From assembly GCA_013265495.1 (NCBI GenBank), contig MU058669.1:354056-418055 (forward strand): DNA of 64,000 nucleotides, given 5' to 3'. The notes under the pieces are model-generated. The model searched no databases, was not told where the DNA came from, and was given only the letters and a program-made list of their open reading frames with translations. This DNA is from Vicugna vicugna. Its lineage: Eukaryota. This document shows positions 62,683 to 64,000 of this stretch, piece by piece. How positions within the stretch are numbered: position 1 is the first letter of the stretch; each line of letters begins with the position of its first letter. The translations under genes and the position numbers were made by a program.

Positions 62683-63760
62683 TGGGTCAACAATCCCTTA
62701 GCCTTGATTTCAGAATCAAAAGTTTTTTTTTAATAACTCATTTGGTGACAAACCCTGGATGGACATGAGGCTAATTATATATAGTCTTTATTTATCTACT
62801 ATGTTTTTGCCACAGAAAAACATACTGTGCTATGATTATGGGAGCAGCCACAGATCCCGCTGGGGCTGTTACATGATGTGCACTGTATTAACCTCCCTAA
62901 ATCAGAAAGATTCTTGTGTCACTTATCAATTTATTCCCTCAACTTTGAATCCACCTTCTCTGACTACTATGTGAAAATGGATCTGAGCCCTTTAACATTT
63001 TTCTGCTGCCAGATCACATGAGGTTATCAGTGATCAGTAGATGCTGGAGAGATGCTGCAGGAGGCAGGTATTATTTTCATCCTGGTTCTGGTGCATTTGC
63101 CAGGCAGACAGCACAAAGGACTTCTCCAGCCCAGGCTCCTGTAGCAAGCACATCTTCTCTGTCATCCACCTTCAGGGACCACAGCACCCAGCTGCCAGCA
63201 GCTTCCCCCTAAAACCCACTTCCTTGAGCGTTTCTGTCACTAAAAGTGGTATCTCGCCAAGAGTGGTTACCCCACCATGAACAGCTTTTCCCAGCACGTT
63301 TCACTGGCGTGCCATCAGCTGTGCCATTCAGTAAGCACTGCTATTCCCTCCCCAACAAAGTCAAGATCTTAACCTTGGAGGTGATGAATGGGGCAGGGAG
63401 CTCTTCCTTGAGTGCTCTATCTCAGCCCAGGAGAGGGGTCTTCCTCAGGAATTCTATTTCAACAGGGTGGAGGTGGAGGCTGTGCTCCGTGGTGCTCCAT
63501 CTCTGCCCTAGGGCTAGTGGCTGCTCCTGGATCGGCCGTTCCCACATTCTTCAGAACATATTTTGAGTTCTCTTTACTTCATAATAGACAATCCTTCATG
63601 ACTCCAATCTCCTGTCACAGTTAAGAATTCTTTATATTAAATGTTCCACATTCAGATTACTGGGTGGTTTCTCTCTCCTGACTGAACCCCAACTAACATA
63701 ATTCTGAATTCTGAAATGTGCCTCACACAGAGGGTTTAGGCTAAGGGATTCTGGACCTGA
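62683..63760. mobile_element. MER46C-like Tigger MITE split by an LTR (pieces ~62683-62914 and 63701-63760)
   Basis: Terminal inverted repeats ggtcaacaatccctta / taagggattctggacc; internal aactcatttggtgacaaac...atagtctttatttatc...cccgctggggctgttac. Confidence 0.8.
62915..63700 (+). mobile_element. ERVL solo LTR (LTR41-like)
   Basis: Starts tgtgtcacttatcaatttatt; ends ggtggtttctctctcctgactgaaccccaactaacata; 5-bp TSD ATTCT at 62910-62914 and 63701-63705. Confidence 0.82.
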
Positions 63761-63764
63761 CATA

Positions 63765-64000
63765 GTAACAACTTCTATGTACCACGTTTCATATGCCAGG
63801 CACGATTCCAAGTGCTTTGTGTACATGAATTAATTTAATCCTGATAACTACCCTGTGAGGTAGATACTATTCTTGTTTCCATTTTAAAAGAGGAAGCAAA
63901 GAGGTTCAGCAACTTTCCCAAAGTCAGACAGCCACTAAAGAAAGGGCAGCGGGATCCAAACCCAGGTAAACCTGTAGCCTTGGAAGCCTGCGGGTGAGGT
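63765..64000 (-). mobile_element. MIR SINE
   Basis: tatgccaggcac...atttaatcct...ccctgtgaggtagatactatt...ccattttaaaagaggaa. Confidence 0.85.

Noticed and set aside
1..64000. A novel multi-gene system, operon or CRISPR array
   Set aside because: This is eukaryotic, repeat-rich non-coding DNA with no gene-dense ORF structure and no regularly spaced repeat-spacer array.

Overview
Mammalian non-coding DNA, most likely from a camelid: it carries a tRNA-derived Vic-1-type SINE with a 15-bp target-site duplication (TSD) and cetartiodactyl-type L1 3' UTRs. I found no credible host protein-coding exon, RNA gene or CRISPR array. The supplied ORFs are chance ORFs or pieces of L1 ORF1/ORF2. The window is a mosaic of LINE-1 (young and old), L2, L3/CR1, many MIRs, MaLR/ERVL/ERV1 LTRs and hAT/Tigger MITEs, often nested. 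Between them lie repeat-free islands rich in homeobox, SOX, POU and TCF motifs that resemble developmental enhancers (e.g. 19.7-20.7 kb, 36.2-36.6 kb, 38.1-38.55 kb, 58.7-59.3 kb). All 12 LTR pieces I could orient lie on the + strand, which suggests a long intron of a gene transcribed on the - strand. The sequence does not support a previously undescribed biological system. The most notable local structures are a two-part ERV1 LTR element within a single TSD, a ~100-bp inversion inside an MLT1A LTR, a 30-bp TSD, a TSD-flanked poly(A)-tailed composite insertion, and an ORF2-less (HAL1-like) L1. Repeat family names come from recalled consensus similarity, not a database search, and boundaries without a stated TSD are approximate.
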